The translations under genes and the position numbers were made by a program. DNA of 64,000 nt from Takakia lepidozioides (lineage: Eukaryota > Plantae > Bryophyta). The stretch lies in the NCBI GenBank assembly GCA_030704615.1, contig CM060731.1, positions 24,738,001 to 24,802,000 of the forward strand. The letters are read 5' to 3'. Numbering within the stretch: the first letter of the stretch is position 1; every line of letters begins with the position of its first letter. Shown one piece after another: positions 49,453-61,100 of the stretch. Under the pieces are notes generated by a model that ran no database searches, was not told the DNA's origin, and saw only the letters and a list, made by a program, of their open reading frames with translations.

Positions 49453-50993
49453 ACCGTTTTGTTTCCTCAATACTCTAGTCAGAGGATTTGTTCCAGTGAA
49501 GCTATTTTCTGGGTTGCGAATAAGCTCTTTTCTTTTGCTCGTTTGTCACATGCAATGGGATTGTTGGAGGTCAGTGAGGGCCATGATTTGGTTTGCTACA
49601 ATGAAGATTAAGAGATGGTTTTAACACATAAAGCCATTTCTAGAGCGAGATAATTGGTTGATGTCATTGATTTTTTTTATCAGGCTATCCTATCTGCTAG
49701 AACAAAAAACATGTTGAAGATGCAAACATTCAAGTCGAGAGTAGGAAGTGTGAAGTGCTCAAACTCCTCATATCTGTTCATCATGCCAGATATATCCATC
49801 CAACTGCAGTACACTTGTGCTTCGAGTAAATTTATACGTGTGCACGCTGCACACGTATAAATAATTGAGAAAATCTGATAAAGGCTCAAGGAAGTTGCAT
49901 TCAAATGAGGTTTTATCTGGGAAAGGTGTAATAGGAACTTACAACTTACATCTTTTATGGACACTGATGGGTAGTCTCATATTCTGGAGCCAATAAAGCT
50001 GGAAACAAACCAACTTTTATCAATTCACTAATATCTGCACTGGGATTTTGGTAAATTTATCATTGTAACTAGATCATATCACTAGAGGCTAATTAGCTCA
50101 GGATGCAGGTTAAAAGAATTGGTGTCACTGTGTTGAGTTAGATTTGGATCTCCTAATTCAGTAATGTGAGGAAAATGGGAGAGGATCTCCCTAGCTTTCA
50201 AAAACTTGGGAGTAAAGATCAAGAAGCCTGAGGGGAAGTAAGAATTTGATATAGACGTCATCCATGCATGAGTTTGGGAAGATCATCCAGTGAATAGTAT
50301 GGGAACAAGGGGAACGTGGGAGCCTCATCACCTTCAGGGACTGTGCTGCAGGGTGGTGCAACAAGGTGGATATTTGCTGGTTTCAAGTGTGGTGCGTGTT
50401 CTTGTTTCCAATCTGGGTCTCCATCAAACTCTGGTACATCTCCTTGCCAAGTTGAGGGTAGAAATCGATGGGAGCAGTCATGTTTGATTCAGTCTCCGTA
50501 ACTTCTAGCAACTGGAAATCGTCTTTCAGAGTTCTCATGTGTGTTTGAGAGAGCGAGAGAGGCAGAGGTCGTGGAAGTGCTTACAAAGAGATCCAATGCA
50601 TGTGGAAAGAGAAAGAAAGAAGAAGAGTTTATAGCTAAGCACACTTCACTAGTTGTGGTCATCGAGAAGCCTTAAACCCTAAACCAGTGAGGGTTTTATG
50701 CGAGTTGATACGTGTTGGTCGCAGTGAAGTAGGCAGAGCAGCACGAAAATTATAGGCTATGCAAGAGTTGTTGAATTGTTTGTTCTAGTTACCTTTCTCA
50801 ATATTAATGGTGCACTTTAGTGGGTTAGAAGTACTGGTAAAGGACGATGGACAAATGAGTAAAATCATTTGTGTGTACTCAAAATTGTGGATGGTTGTTG
50901 CTTCTCGAGCTTCAAGAGACATATGGACAGGGGGTTGTGGCGAAAGTTTTCAAGGGTAAGCGGATGGGTGTGATCACAGGCAGGTGCGCCAGG

Positions 50994-53891
50994 ATGTTGA
51001 TACAGCATATGCCTCTCCTCTGCAGCAAGCGCATTGTGCTGGCATCTTCGTCTCCACGGAGATCCGAGATTTTACGAGGCTTGGTACTTCTCCTTCAGTC
51101 AGATTTCTTGTTTTCTTGTTTGATAAGTATGTCTCATGGCTCATTGGCTTTGCTATGTAATCTGAGGGCTTTTGAGAAACAGATAGGCAGAGGGAAATGA
51201 CGTCCATGAAATGGGCTTGTCGGTAACTCACAACTACAGCGAAACTGCTTTGGTAAAAGTGTCATGTGGCTGTGCAGGGTTTGAAATTCGAAATCATTCC
51301 ATCTACTTTTGATGAATCCCTGGAAAAGTCTTCCTTCTCTGGGGCTGGAGGTATTCTATCCTAGCAGGGCAATTTTCCTAGGGACATTTGGTTGAGATTG
51401 CAACAGAAGGCAAGAGTTCACGCAAATGAACTAAAATTGAATCAGAACTGAATTTCGCTTTACATGATAGAAAGCAGATAGTTGTAATATGTCAGTGTCA
51501 ATCTTAAGAAAACAGGAAAAGGTGACTAATTGCTAGCCTGAGAAGGATGGGGCGGGGGGGAGTGAGAGGGGAAATTCTTTGCCACAGGACACACATAAAA
51601 TGGGATGGCAAGTCAAGAAGGGCCTTGATGGTGCCTCTCTCCTGGGGACCTTTATGTCTCATCATGTGAGAGTTTTACGTAATAATCAGCAAAGTATTTT
51701 CAACATACTGGGTTTTGATAGAGTATGTGGGTGCAGAATATGCTGCAGAAAGTGCCACCCACAAGGCAATTGAGGTTTGTCAACGCACTTTTGAGGTACG
51801 ATAGGTCCCCTCACACATTCTGTTTCATCTCTCTATTCTGTTTGTGTGTAGACTATCTTGTGAATAGTGTTTTGAATTTGCAAAATTCTAACCCCGAAGA
51901 CTAAAATATTTGAAAAGAACGTTGATCAAAACGTAAGACTGAAAATATCTAAATGGAGAGGCAGGAAAACGATTCTTGTTTGTGACTGTGTGAGGGAGAT
52001 CTATGTTTCATCGTAACTGAAACAGTGGGTTGAGAAAACCTTCTTGATGGAGTGTCCTAGTGTTCAAGACGTTGAAGAACATTGAGTGTTTATAACAGGC
52101 CTAATGCTCCTGGCATTACGAGGGTGAAGGGACACGTAAGACAGAGTTTAGTAGCTAATGCCATGCACCCTCTGCACAGCTCTAGCGGCTAACTGAGTTA
52201 GACAATGTGGGGTAGTGCAGGCTGGCGAGGGCAGAAGAGCCCATTTGATAATTGCAGCGGACACCGTCGTTGAGCTTGATGTAATGTGTCCCTCTTCCTC
52301 CTCCTTTCTTTCCGTGAAGTGAAACAGACACTCTGGGCCATCCCAAGCTATATGCTGAACAAAAGCATGTGTGTATGGTGTAGGCAGGCAAAGATCCTGG
52401 AGAAGCCACGCAACAAGGAAGATGCTTTTCGGATGCTATCAAGTCTTAGTGGTGTGTTATTCCACACTTTATTGACCGGCTGCTTGATTCTTTTGCTTTT
52501 GGAAAGCTACCAAAATCATCCTTAGCAAGGTGTGCGGTGCGCGCCATTCACAGTCTCAGTTCACACATGTGATAGTGACGATATTCATTTTTGGCAGGCC
52601 GCAAACATAAAGTCCACACCGGGGTATCCCTTGTACTTCCATTTGTTCCTGGTAAGCTTCCCCTCCTTTTTCAAGTTTGTCTGTGACAGAATTTAGAGAA
52701 GGGTGAGTTTGCATTTTGTGCTTAGAGTCTGCAAGCTACTGAGTGGTCCAATCTGTTGGATGTGTGACAGACCCAGCTTTGGATCAGCCTCCACTTATAC
52801 GCTCTTTCCGCGAAGAAACAGAGGTGGGTTGTTGTTAGCCGTGACAGCAGTGTGGAGTGGTTCTAATGTTTTATATGCCGAAGTTCAAGCTCTCAGCTTT
52901 GGACAGTTCAGACCCAAACTGGAATAAAAGAGGGTCTTCTCTGTACTAAGACAGAGAAGATGAGAGTTTGGAGGTTTATGAGAGTTATGAGAGTAAATAA
53001 TCCCCACTGTTCAGGTGGAATTTGATGAACTTGAAGAAGAAGCAATTCACGCCTACATTGCGTCGGGTGAGCCAATGGACAAGGCAGGTGCATATGGCAT
53101 CCAGGTTAATTTCACTCTCTGGACACATTGTCCTGTCTTTCTTGGTTGAATTGCATACACTCTAGCTTTGATTGTATTCTGCTGATGGAAGGAGGGGGGT
53201 GAGGGAGAGACATTGGCACCTAGCTGGCCATAGTAACACTGACATCACGCCAAATGCCAGACACACCACTGCACGCTCCTCTAGATGGCCTCTGTCGCTT
53301 AAGCTGGCATGGGATTGTGTCAAAGTTATGATCAGCCATGTGAACATGGCTGCGTGTATGAGCCAAATGACTTGTGTTCTGCCGGTTTCACATTGCGGTG
53401 ACAGGGAATTGGAAGCTGTTTTGTCAAGTCCATACAAGGCTGCTATTTCAATGTTATGGGCTTCCCTGTGCACAGGTAAGTCCTTCATACCATCTCTCTA
53501 ATTGTAGTGGCCACGGCAAACAACGTCTTATGAGTACATTCTCTAATTGAAGTTCTGGTTAGTATTGGCAGTGATGTTCGTGATGCTAATGGTGGGAGCA
53601 CAAAGAAAGTGAGAAGAGAAAGTGGAAGCTGATGCAGGATATGAGGGGTGGTCATAAAGGCTTAGGATGCGTTGTAGAGAAAGGATTCTATCTTGAAAGA
53701 GCAAGGCCCCAATGGGTGAGCAACTTGTGAGGGAAGAGCACTGCTTAAAATGAGAGAAACTTTTGAGAACTCGTGAATAACTGAGAAGGAGTGTGTGCAC
53801 TGACGATCAGAGTGCTTATTGACTCAGGTTTGCTGTGGAAGTTGATGCGCTGGTAAAGAGTGGGGCATTCTCTTCTCCATTGTTAGCATAA
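50994..53891 (+). CDS. Maf-family nucleoside triphosphate pyrophosphatase, YhdE/ASMTL-Maf type (dTTP/UTP)
   Basis: Ten exons join in frame: 50994-51083 ([10 protein letters not shown]), 51278-51350, 51737-51795, 52221-52280 (AADTVV, catalytic Asp), 52388-52451 (ILEKP...[10 protein letters not shown]), 52598-52651 (HKVHTGV), 52771-52823, ~53016-53105 ([13 protein letters not shown]), 53405-53475 ([10 protein letters not shown]), 53828-53891. Confidence 0.93.
53505..53539 (+). mobile_element. 35-bp 3'-end insertion of the 30177-32402 LINE family in Maf intron 9
   Basis: acggcaaacaacgtcttatgagtaca is identical to the LINE 3' end. A 10-bp TSD tctctaattg lies at 53495-53504 and 53540-53549. Confidence 0.8.
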
Positions 53892-54654
53892 TTCAAGTAC
53901 AAGGTACCTGTACTTGTGCGTCATCGCGGGAAGAGTACACCTCCCGCTCGGCGAGACTGCCTGTTACTATGACAGTCAGACTGGAGGCGGGGTTCTAACC
54001 TAGTCCACCCTCTGCAGAAGGCGAATGGAACACAGGCCATGCCCCTCTATCTGCCCAGGACGTCCCAGTTCCATGGGAACACAGCCATGACATTGATCCA
54101 TCCTCCGAGCTCAGGCATCTACCTCCGGACTAGTAGACTTTTAGGTGTCCTCATTTGTCTATTATCTAAGTACTGCATTTGGAACTTTTCACAAAACATT
54201 TGATCATGCTCTTCAATATTGCTGGAATGTCAAAAAATGGCCTCGATCGAGTTCAAGAACCAGTACGAGCAAGAAGCTGGTCCATTGCAATTTAATGGAG
54301 ACAAACAAGGTACAGCTCCAAGAGCTCCTGTGCCAGCATTTTGGTGTGCTTCAGTTCCTCAGCCCGCCATTTCCCCTGGCTGATCAACTGGAGCCGTGCA
54401 ACAACTGCAGTAGTCGAAATTAGCGACGAGCTTAGAAGTCTCATTTGAAACTAACCATGTAAGACAGTCCTGAATGAATTCTCAAACAAATGGAGACACC
54501 ATTCAAACTAAAAAACATTGGAAGAGGATTGAAGCCACCGAGAAAATTACCTCAGGGGAACAGCTCACTGCTTCAAACCCGTTGGGCTGCAGCAGCAACG
54601 GTGCCAGTAATCTGTCACAGGGGAATGGGCTGACATCAAACTTTGCTACGAACA

Positions 54655-54815
54655 GTCACTAGCTCGGTTGGATAGTGCACTGAGTGCCACCCACTTGATT
54701 CTGGGGTCAAATCCTGCTACCTCGATGTGTGTGGTATATTCTTCTCGCCCTTCCCTTGGCGGTGTCGAATGCGAAAGCCTTCACTTGGAGGTTACACTGA
54801 AAGAGGTTACTTTCT
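54655..54815 (+). mobile_element. tRNA-derived SINE (family A)
   Basis: A box TAGCTCGGTTGG and B-box-like GGGTCAAATCC. Shares gcactgagtgccaccca..tgattct.gg.tcaaatcctgctacct with the 19650-19725 copy. Confidence 0.65.
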
Positions 54816-55752
54816 CCTCTCATTATAATTAAGGGTGAGCTGTCGTTCCCAGCTGTTACTAGTTAAAGAAAAGGAAAAAGAGAAAAACCTTGCTTTTTTT
54901 GGCAAATACTTTCTAAATTCATGGGTGAGGAATTTTGCAAAGGTTCAAAGTTGGTGTTTGCTAATCAGCTACCTGTCAAGAGTTCCTACAGCAGCGGGTG
55001 GATCTGATGAGATCTTCTCAAGTACAATTATGTGTGCAGCTTTTCAAGTAAGGTGCAAAACTACATACTTGAAATGCATATGGCTTGGTAATAAATCCAG
55101 TGTAACTGTCACAGGCCCTAATTACCGGAGGTCTGAAGGTCCTAAGATTTCTAGTATGGAAAAAGTGCGGACAAGCATCCTTCAAGGGTAACTTACAATT
55201 TTTCTCTCAGTTTCAGAAGGTGCATCCTCATTTCCATAGCACCCTTGCAGGCTCATTGACTTCAGAGTCTTCAAAAATGCGCAACCGGGTTTTAAACTCA
55301 AAGTCTGGGCTTCCACACTGTGCCAAGAAAGTGGAGCTAGAGAGAGGCAGGGGTAGAGACAGATGGAATGCTTTAGATGCTCATCGAGCCATCTTTCGGG
55401 TCAGGATGTAGCCTACAAGCCAAATGTACCATGCATATGTTCTAACTCCCTTTTGAAGGACCTCTGTCCAAAAATTGCACAGGACTACACAATTGCAACT
55501 GTCCGCACTCTTGTGGGCACACGGCCACTGACTGTCATTGCAAATGCTGAACCACTAGATAAGAGCAGGCACCTAAGATGACTGTAGAAGTCACCTATAT
55601 TTTACAAAGGTGGAGCCTTTCTCAATTGCATGCAATTATGTTGCAGGGAATAGGGTTTAAGAATGACTTGACCATTTTCTCTGGCAATGCTACAGAAAGC
55701 AGCGACCAATAGGTAGGTTCAGTTTGAACAATATTACGTAGTCAAAATTTGC

Positions 55753-57729
55753 TCACAAACCAACCCAATATGATCGGCCGTTTGCATTGTGTATGGGGGA
55801 CACAGTTGGTGCAGTGACAGCCCATTCATACCAGACCTTCTTAGGCCCCACACAGCGCCAAAATTGCAGTTCCAATGCTGATCCTGCAGGAACATACACT
55901 GGTTTGCGGAGAGGGAAGAAAATTGCAAACCAGCTAAACATGTTTGGTGTGGCAGTTGAAGGTTCAATGCCAAGATGGACGTCCTTGTAGAGCGTTGCAT
56001 CAAAGTAGCCTCCAAACCCATGCACCATTGCACTGCCAGTGTCAGAGGGCAGCTCAAACAACAATTTTGTATACCGCCTGTTGTCCACCTTTGCCCCTGT
56101 AGACCTAGGATGCTCAAAAGTGAACACTGGCTGCGGTGGGGCCAACCTTGCCACACTATGGAGCTTGACCACATAAGCAGTCTCAAAGTGTGCCAAATCA
56201 TTGTATGATTTTACATCGTTGTGCAGTTTGGACGCAGTGATGGGCCCAATGAAGCTGGTATAAGATGATGGGATGGAGATGCCATCCGTCTTTAAAAATC
56301 GCTGAGCTCCATCCAAGCACTCCGGGGAAAGCTCGTTATCTCCAAATGAGCCCAAAAGCTCGCTAACTAGGATATCGGCTCGCTCAGGTGCGTTCCACTC
56401 ACGCATGTCACAAGAAACCACTGTCACAAGGTCCTCCCAACCCTCCAGCTTGATTAAGCTATGGAGCGTGACGACAGCATTAGGATTCTTCTCAACTGCA
56501 TACACACGAAGCTGCCGAACGGCCTCTTCAGCTGCCTGCAATGAGGCACGCACCAGTGGGCCGCGGCCAGCACCTACTACCATGAGTACCACCGGGGTGG
56601 ATGCATCACCCTCACGGTCCAAAAGCGCTGCGTGCACCGCTTTCTGATATTGACTGTACTTGGTTGAATCCTTCTCAAATGTCTCATATGTCTGTGCCTC
56701 CAAGTTGTCCATCAGTGGCTGTAATGGGGCCTGCAGGAAATCACGGTAGCCGATTTCGAAGCGCTCTTGCTCGGTAGGAGGGTCCATCCGGCGATAGAGA
56801 TGGGAAATATACTCCAGGTAAGGCCGCAAAGGGTGTTTGGGGAAGCCGGCATCGTCAGAGCCATTCGCGCTGCTTTCACTGCTAGCAGTCGTCACTTCCA
56901 GGCCCTCGATTTGGTGCATGGGCTCGCCCGAAACTATGATCTGCACCGAATGGCTGAAAAGCGTCGTAATAAAATTCTGATGCCTCTTGGAGAGACAAGG
57001 ATAACCCCTCTTGTTTGTTAAAAAAGCACTCGTGTGTACAATAGCTGCTCTGAGAGGCTCCCCAATCCACCGTTTCAAAGAGCTCGGAGATGGCAAAGAC
57101 GCCGTGATATCAAGAGCAACTGAAAGCTGCCCATGATGCTCACAGAGCGTGCGGAACATATTCCACCACTCCCACGAGTCATTGAGAGGCCGACCAGTCA
57201 CCTCATCCCGCTTCAGGAAGACATCATCCTCATTTTCGGTACCCTCCGCCGCCTGTAGATCAGGGGACACCAAGGGAATCCGCAGCCAAAGATGGAGATT
57301 CGCCAAGCCTTGCAGCATCTGGTTGATGCATCGAGCATAGTTGGCACAGTGCAGAGGGCGAGGGGATGGCAGCAGGCAAGCCTGCAAGGAAAGGTGAGTA
57401 GCCCAGCTCAGTTCCTGCTTCAGTGTCATCTCCGCATCGTTGCGTGCAACAACATCGGTCGAGTCCACGTCCACCCACGAACTCATCTTCCCAACCACAT
57501 GGCTGCTCCACTGTGAGGGGCTAAGTACCAAATCCGAACCTGCAAACGGAGGAGGCCCTTCCTTGGCTCTACTGGGCCTGTAGTCAGGATCCGTGAGAGG
57601 TGCCACGATGAAGTCAAATGCTCCCCCGAGAGCGAATGCCAAGGAATTCTGAATGTCATCACTCCATCCAATCTCCGCTCCACAGTAGCGCGCATCACTA
57701 TTGTCCCCTGCCCTCTGCGCCAGAGGCAT
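55753..57729 (-). CDS. PRMT5: Protein arginine N-methyltransferase 5 (SKB1), intronless, 658 aa
   Basis: Single ORF with a TIM-barrel N-terminus, [30 protein letters not shown] (SAM motif I), [24 protein letters not shown] (double-E loop), MFSWF and [14 protein letters not shown]-terminus. Confidence 0.98.
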   Translation of the reverse strand: MPLAQRAGDNSDARYCGAEIGWSDDIQNSLAFALGGAFDFIVAPLTDPDYRPSRAKEGPPPFAGSDLVLSPSQWSSHVVGKMSSWVDVDSTDVVARNDAEMTLKQELSWATHLSLQACLLPSPRPLHCANYARCINQMLQGLANLHLWLRIPLVSPDLQAAEGTENEDDVFLKRDEVTGRPLNDSWEWWNMFRTLCEHHGQLSVALDITASLPSPSSLKRWIGEPLRAAIVHTSAFLTNKRGYPCLSKRHQNFITTLFSHSVQIIVSGEPMHQIEGLEVTTASSESSANGSDDAGFPKHPLRPYLEYISHLYRRMDPPTEQERFEIGYRDFLQAPLQPLMDNLEAQTYETFEKDSTKYSQYQKAVHAALLDREGDASTPVVLMVVGAGRGPLVRASLQAAEEAVRQLRVYAVEKNPNAVVTLHSLIKLEGWEDLVTVVSCDMREWNAPERADILVSELLGSFGDNELSPECLDGAQRFLKTDGISIPSSYTSFIGPITASKLHNDVKSYNDLAHFETAYVVKLHSVARLAPPQPVFTFEHPRSTGAKVDNRRYTKLLFELPSDTGSAMVHGFGGYFDATLYKDVHLGIEPSTATPNMFSWFAIFFPLRKPVYVPAGSALELQFWRCVGPKKVWYEWAVTAPTVSPIHNANGRSYWVGL

Positions 57730-57869
57730 CTCAACGACCCCTTGCTCCTCTGCACCCTCCCCTCAAATCCTCTCCACCTCCGCTTCAATCTCTCGCTGCT
57801 CTCACATCATCTTCGTCTCTCTCCAGACCGCAGACCGTTCCTCTGTCTCCCTCTCCCGACCTTCCAAAC

Positions 57870-57990
57870 TCCAAACCCTACCGCAGCCTCAGTCCGAGGA
57901 GGTAGGGTTTTAGGGGTCATCAACGTCATCCACGGAGATTCCATTATTCATCCATCCACCATCTCAACTTCCGTCCATTAGGGTAAATCA
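57870..57990. promoter_or_regulatory. Telo-box motifs in the short divergent PRMT5/esterase intergenic region
   Basis: AAACCCTA at 57873-57880, TAGGGTTT at 57903-57910 and TTAGGGT at ~57978. Only ~430 bp separate the two ATGs. Confidence 0.5.
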
Positions 57991-58157
57991 TGTTATTATT
58001 ATTATTAGTATATGTGCAATATGCTTCTCTCAACACGTGTGCGAACGAACAGAAGCATCCTTCTCACAGAATACATCGGGATCGATGGATGAAGAGACGG
58101 GAGGACGAGGGTGGTGAGGAGGAAGGCAGCGCTGGAGGAGAGAAGAGAGAAGGAGCG

Positions 58158-61100
58158 ATGGCAGCGCACGCTCGGCCGCAGATTGTGTTGTTTGGGGCGT
58201 CCATGACACAGTTCTCGTTCGAGCTGGGTGGCTGGGGAGCTGCATTGACTCATTTGTATTCTCGCAAGGTAAGTTGATTGTATTGATCTTCCCCCAGGTG
58301 CGGGCGGCGTCGCAATTATGTATAGTGATTGCTTGAGTCGGCTTTGAAATAGAGAAAATAATGTTGAAACAGATTTTTCCCCACTTCCCACTACCTCACC
58401 ACTTCATCCACCAGAACCACCGGGCAGATCGGATGTACCTTGAATAATGTCAGTCCTCTCAGTAATCTGTGAAGGGATTTTTGCAGGATTTTTTAGCTTG
58501 TTTGGGGAGGTGGATTATGTAGATTTGGGTGTTCGATTTGCAGGTCATCCGCTTTGAGGAAGGATGAACATCGGCCTGTCCTTTGATTTTTATGTTTTGA
58601 GAGTATCGGGTTTATGTCGAGGAAGTTTTGGACGATCTGTGTGTTTTCTCTGAAAGAGAATCCAAAGCCAATGTCTTTTGCGTATCTGTAGTCATTTTTG
58701 TAGACAGATATGTGAATTCGTGGCGTATTCTCTTTCGGGGTCGTGCTTTTCCCTTGACATTGGCGGTAGGATTTTGACAACTTCCTCTTTCGCCATCGAG
58801 GTCATTGTATTTTTAGCAGAGGACTTGGGGGTTCGAGAGTTAGTTTGCAGCTTAATTGGTAAGGCACCATGATTCTTTGATTGCAGGCAGACATTCTGTT
58901 GAGAGGATACAGTGGATGGAATACCCGCCGGGCCCTTGAAGTGGTGGACAAAATATTCCCTAAGGTACGAGGGTTCAGTAGTGAGGAAATGACCAACATA
59001 GGAAAAGTGGAGAGGGGGCTAATCAAATGTGGGTGTATTGCAGTGGCATGGTTACTGGCGGTCTTTGACCATATACTGTTGTACTTTGGCTCTCTCATAC
59101 TTCCTGTCCTTCGGAGTCCTCATCTTTCTCCCTCCTATTGACCCACCAAACGATATCATCCTCACAAAGCAGGAGCGGAATAGACTAATCCGAGAAGAGG
59201 TGAGTAGGTTTCACATTCAAAGGACCTGGGGACCATCTCAGCTTACTCCAAGAATAAAGTTCTACAAGGATATCTAGTTATCAGAGATTCACTACCTCCT
59301 ACCTCTCAGCTAAAGTCTCCATCCCCTGAGGCAGATTCAGAGTGGGTTGCCACAAACTCCGCATTGAGGCAGGAAGAGGACTAACACTGCCAGAGATGAT
59401 CGGTGAGGCCCATGTCGCAATACAGGCCAAGTGGAGATGGGGCACCATTTCTCTTCTCCAGCCTTGTCTATTATGAAATGTTGAACTGATATTGGTGCCT
59501 CTTTAGAGGTTGTGCCAACTTGGCTGAGGCCTTCATTGACGAAGGTCCAAATTGCCTTACATCCAACCTACAGGAGGCACTCCACAGCTTCAAATGATTC
59601 TTTGTTTCAAAGATGCCTTCAACGTCATGCTGTCCCTTGGGCCCTCTGTGCCTCCTGCAGATGGAATACAGTTCTTTCTTTCTTTCGTCCTTTTTGATTG
59701 AGGTGATGCTGACGCAGATGGCATGGGAGGGCAGGAGGCCAAAGAGCAGCCAGCGCTGGTGGTGGTGTTTTTTGGGGCCAATGATGCTGCGTTCCCTTTG
59801 CCCAGTGGTCTTGGTCAACATGTCCCACTTCTTGAGTTTGAGGGCAACCTGTGTCGCATTGCTACCCACCTCCAGGCAATCCATCTTTCCTTGTACTCTC
59901 AAATGGTTGGTTGTGTCCCGGAGTTATGTTGAGGGAGCTGAAGGAAGAAACCTGGGTTGCAGGAGCTGTCAGAGAAAACACGTGTGGTCTTGACTACAGC
60001 GCCACCCATATGTGAGGAAACACGGCGGGTGGTAGCCAGGTGGGTAGATCCCTCTCCTTTGCTTAGCCACCGAATCAAATTTCCTGCAAACATCATTTGT
60101 TCCTTTGGATCTCTTTGACCTGTGGGTGGTTAACCAGAGGGAGGGTCGTACATGAAACATGCTTGTCCTACTGCATGCTGTTGTTTGATATTACCCAAAG
60201 TGACCTCCATAGACCTGGAGCCTGCTCCCCCTCCACCCACACTTGGAGTTTGCTGTTATGTTGAGGCCAAGGGTTGGTAGGTTTGCGTGTGTATCAGTGT
60301 AGCATAAGAATGGGCAGCTTGATAGTAGGGGGTTGGCTATCTGTCTTAGGATACTTTCTGGCTGGTGAAATGGGAGAGCATGAGTGAGAAAGCATGTACA
60401 ACTTCTTCCCCTCAAGAGCAAATGCGGGGAGACACTTGTTGTTTATGCAACTATGACCTATTATTGTAACTTCTTATCGAGCATGGTAAGTACATAGCTC
60501 ATCACAAAAAAACTCTCCTTCCCTCAATCTCCATGGCTTGCAACAGTGTTCTGATGATGGTAAGCTTTGCAGTCATGTCAATAGCACGTACATTACAAAC
60601 CAAATGCTGTCAAGAAAGACAGGCATGACATTTTCTCTATTTGGCCAGCTCTTTTCTGCTGTGTGGGAAAAGTGTGATCCTCTTCAAGTACATCAAGAAA
60701 TGAGTCCCTGGACATCTGTTTGCCAACTTTAAATCTCGAGGCTGAGCCTAAAGCCCTGGTCTGTTGGTGTCTAACTGCTGGGTAGATCACACACAGCAGA
60801 TTGATGCTTGTGCAAAGGGCTTTCTAGAGGAAATATGGAAAACCTGAACAAATTGTTTGTATCACACTATTGGAGCGAGCCCCTCACAGAGGTAGTGTCT
60901 CTTCGCTTCTGTCCTACCCTTGCTGGGTGCAAGGTCTTTGGCCACAAGGCTACGGGAAACAACATCCTGGTATTCTGGCCCAAGTTCCTGCTGTAGTCTT
61001 GCGTTGGGAACGGAGTGTAGCAAGGATCCATCTAGGTTGCATTGCAAATAATTTTGTGTATGTATAGAGTTTTTCTGCTTCTGTGATCTTTCTTGCATTT

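Noticed and set aside
54995-55030. Hammerhead ribozyme cores (CTGATGA here and at 8327, 35351 and 62004)
   Set aside because: No stem II followed by GAAA in the required arrangement.
55734-57981. Alternative-frame and antisense ORFs over PRMT5
   Set aside because: These are shadow ORFs of a long GC-rich CDS.
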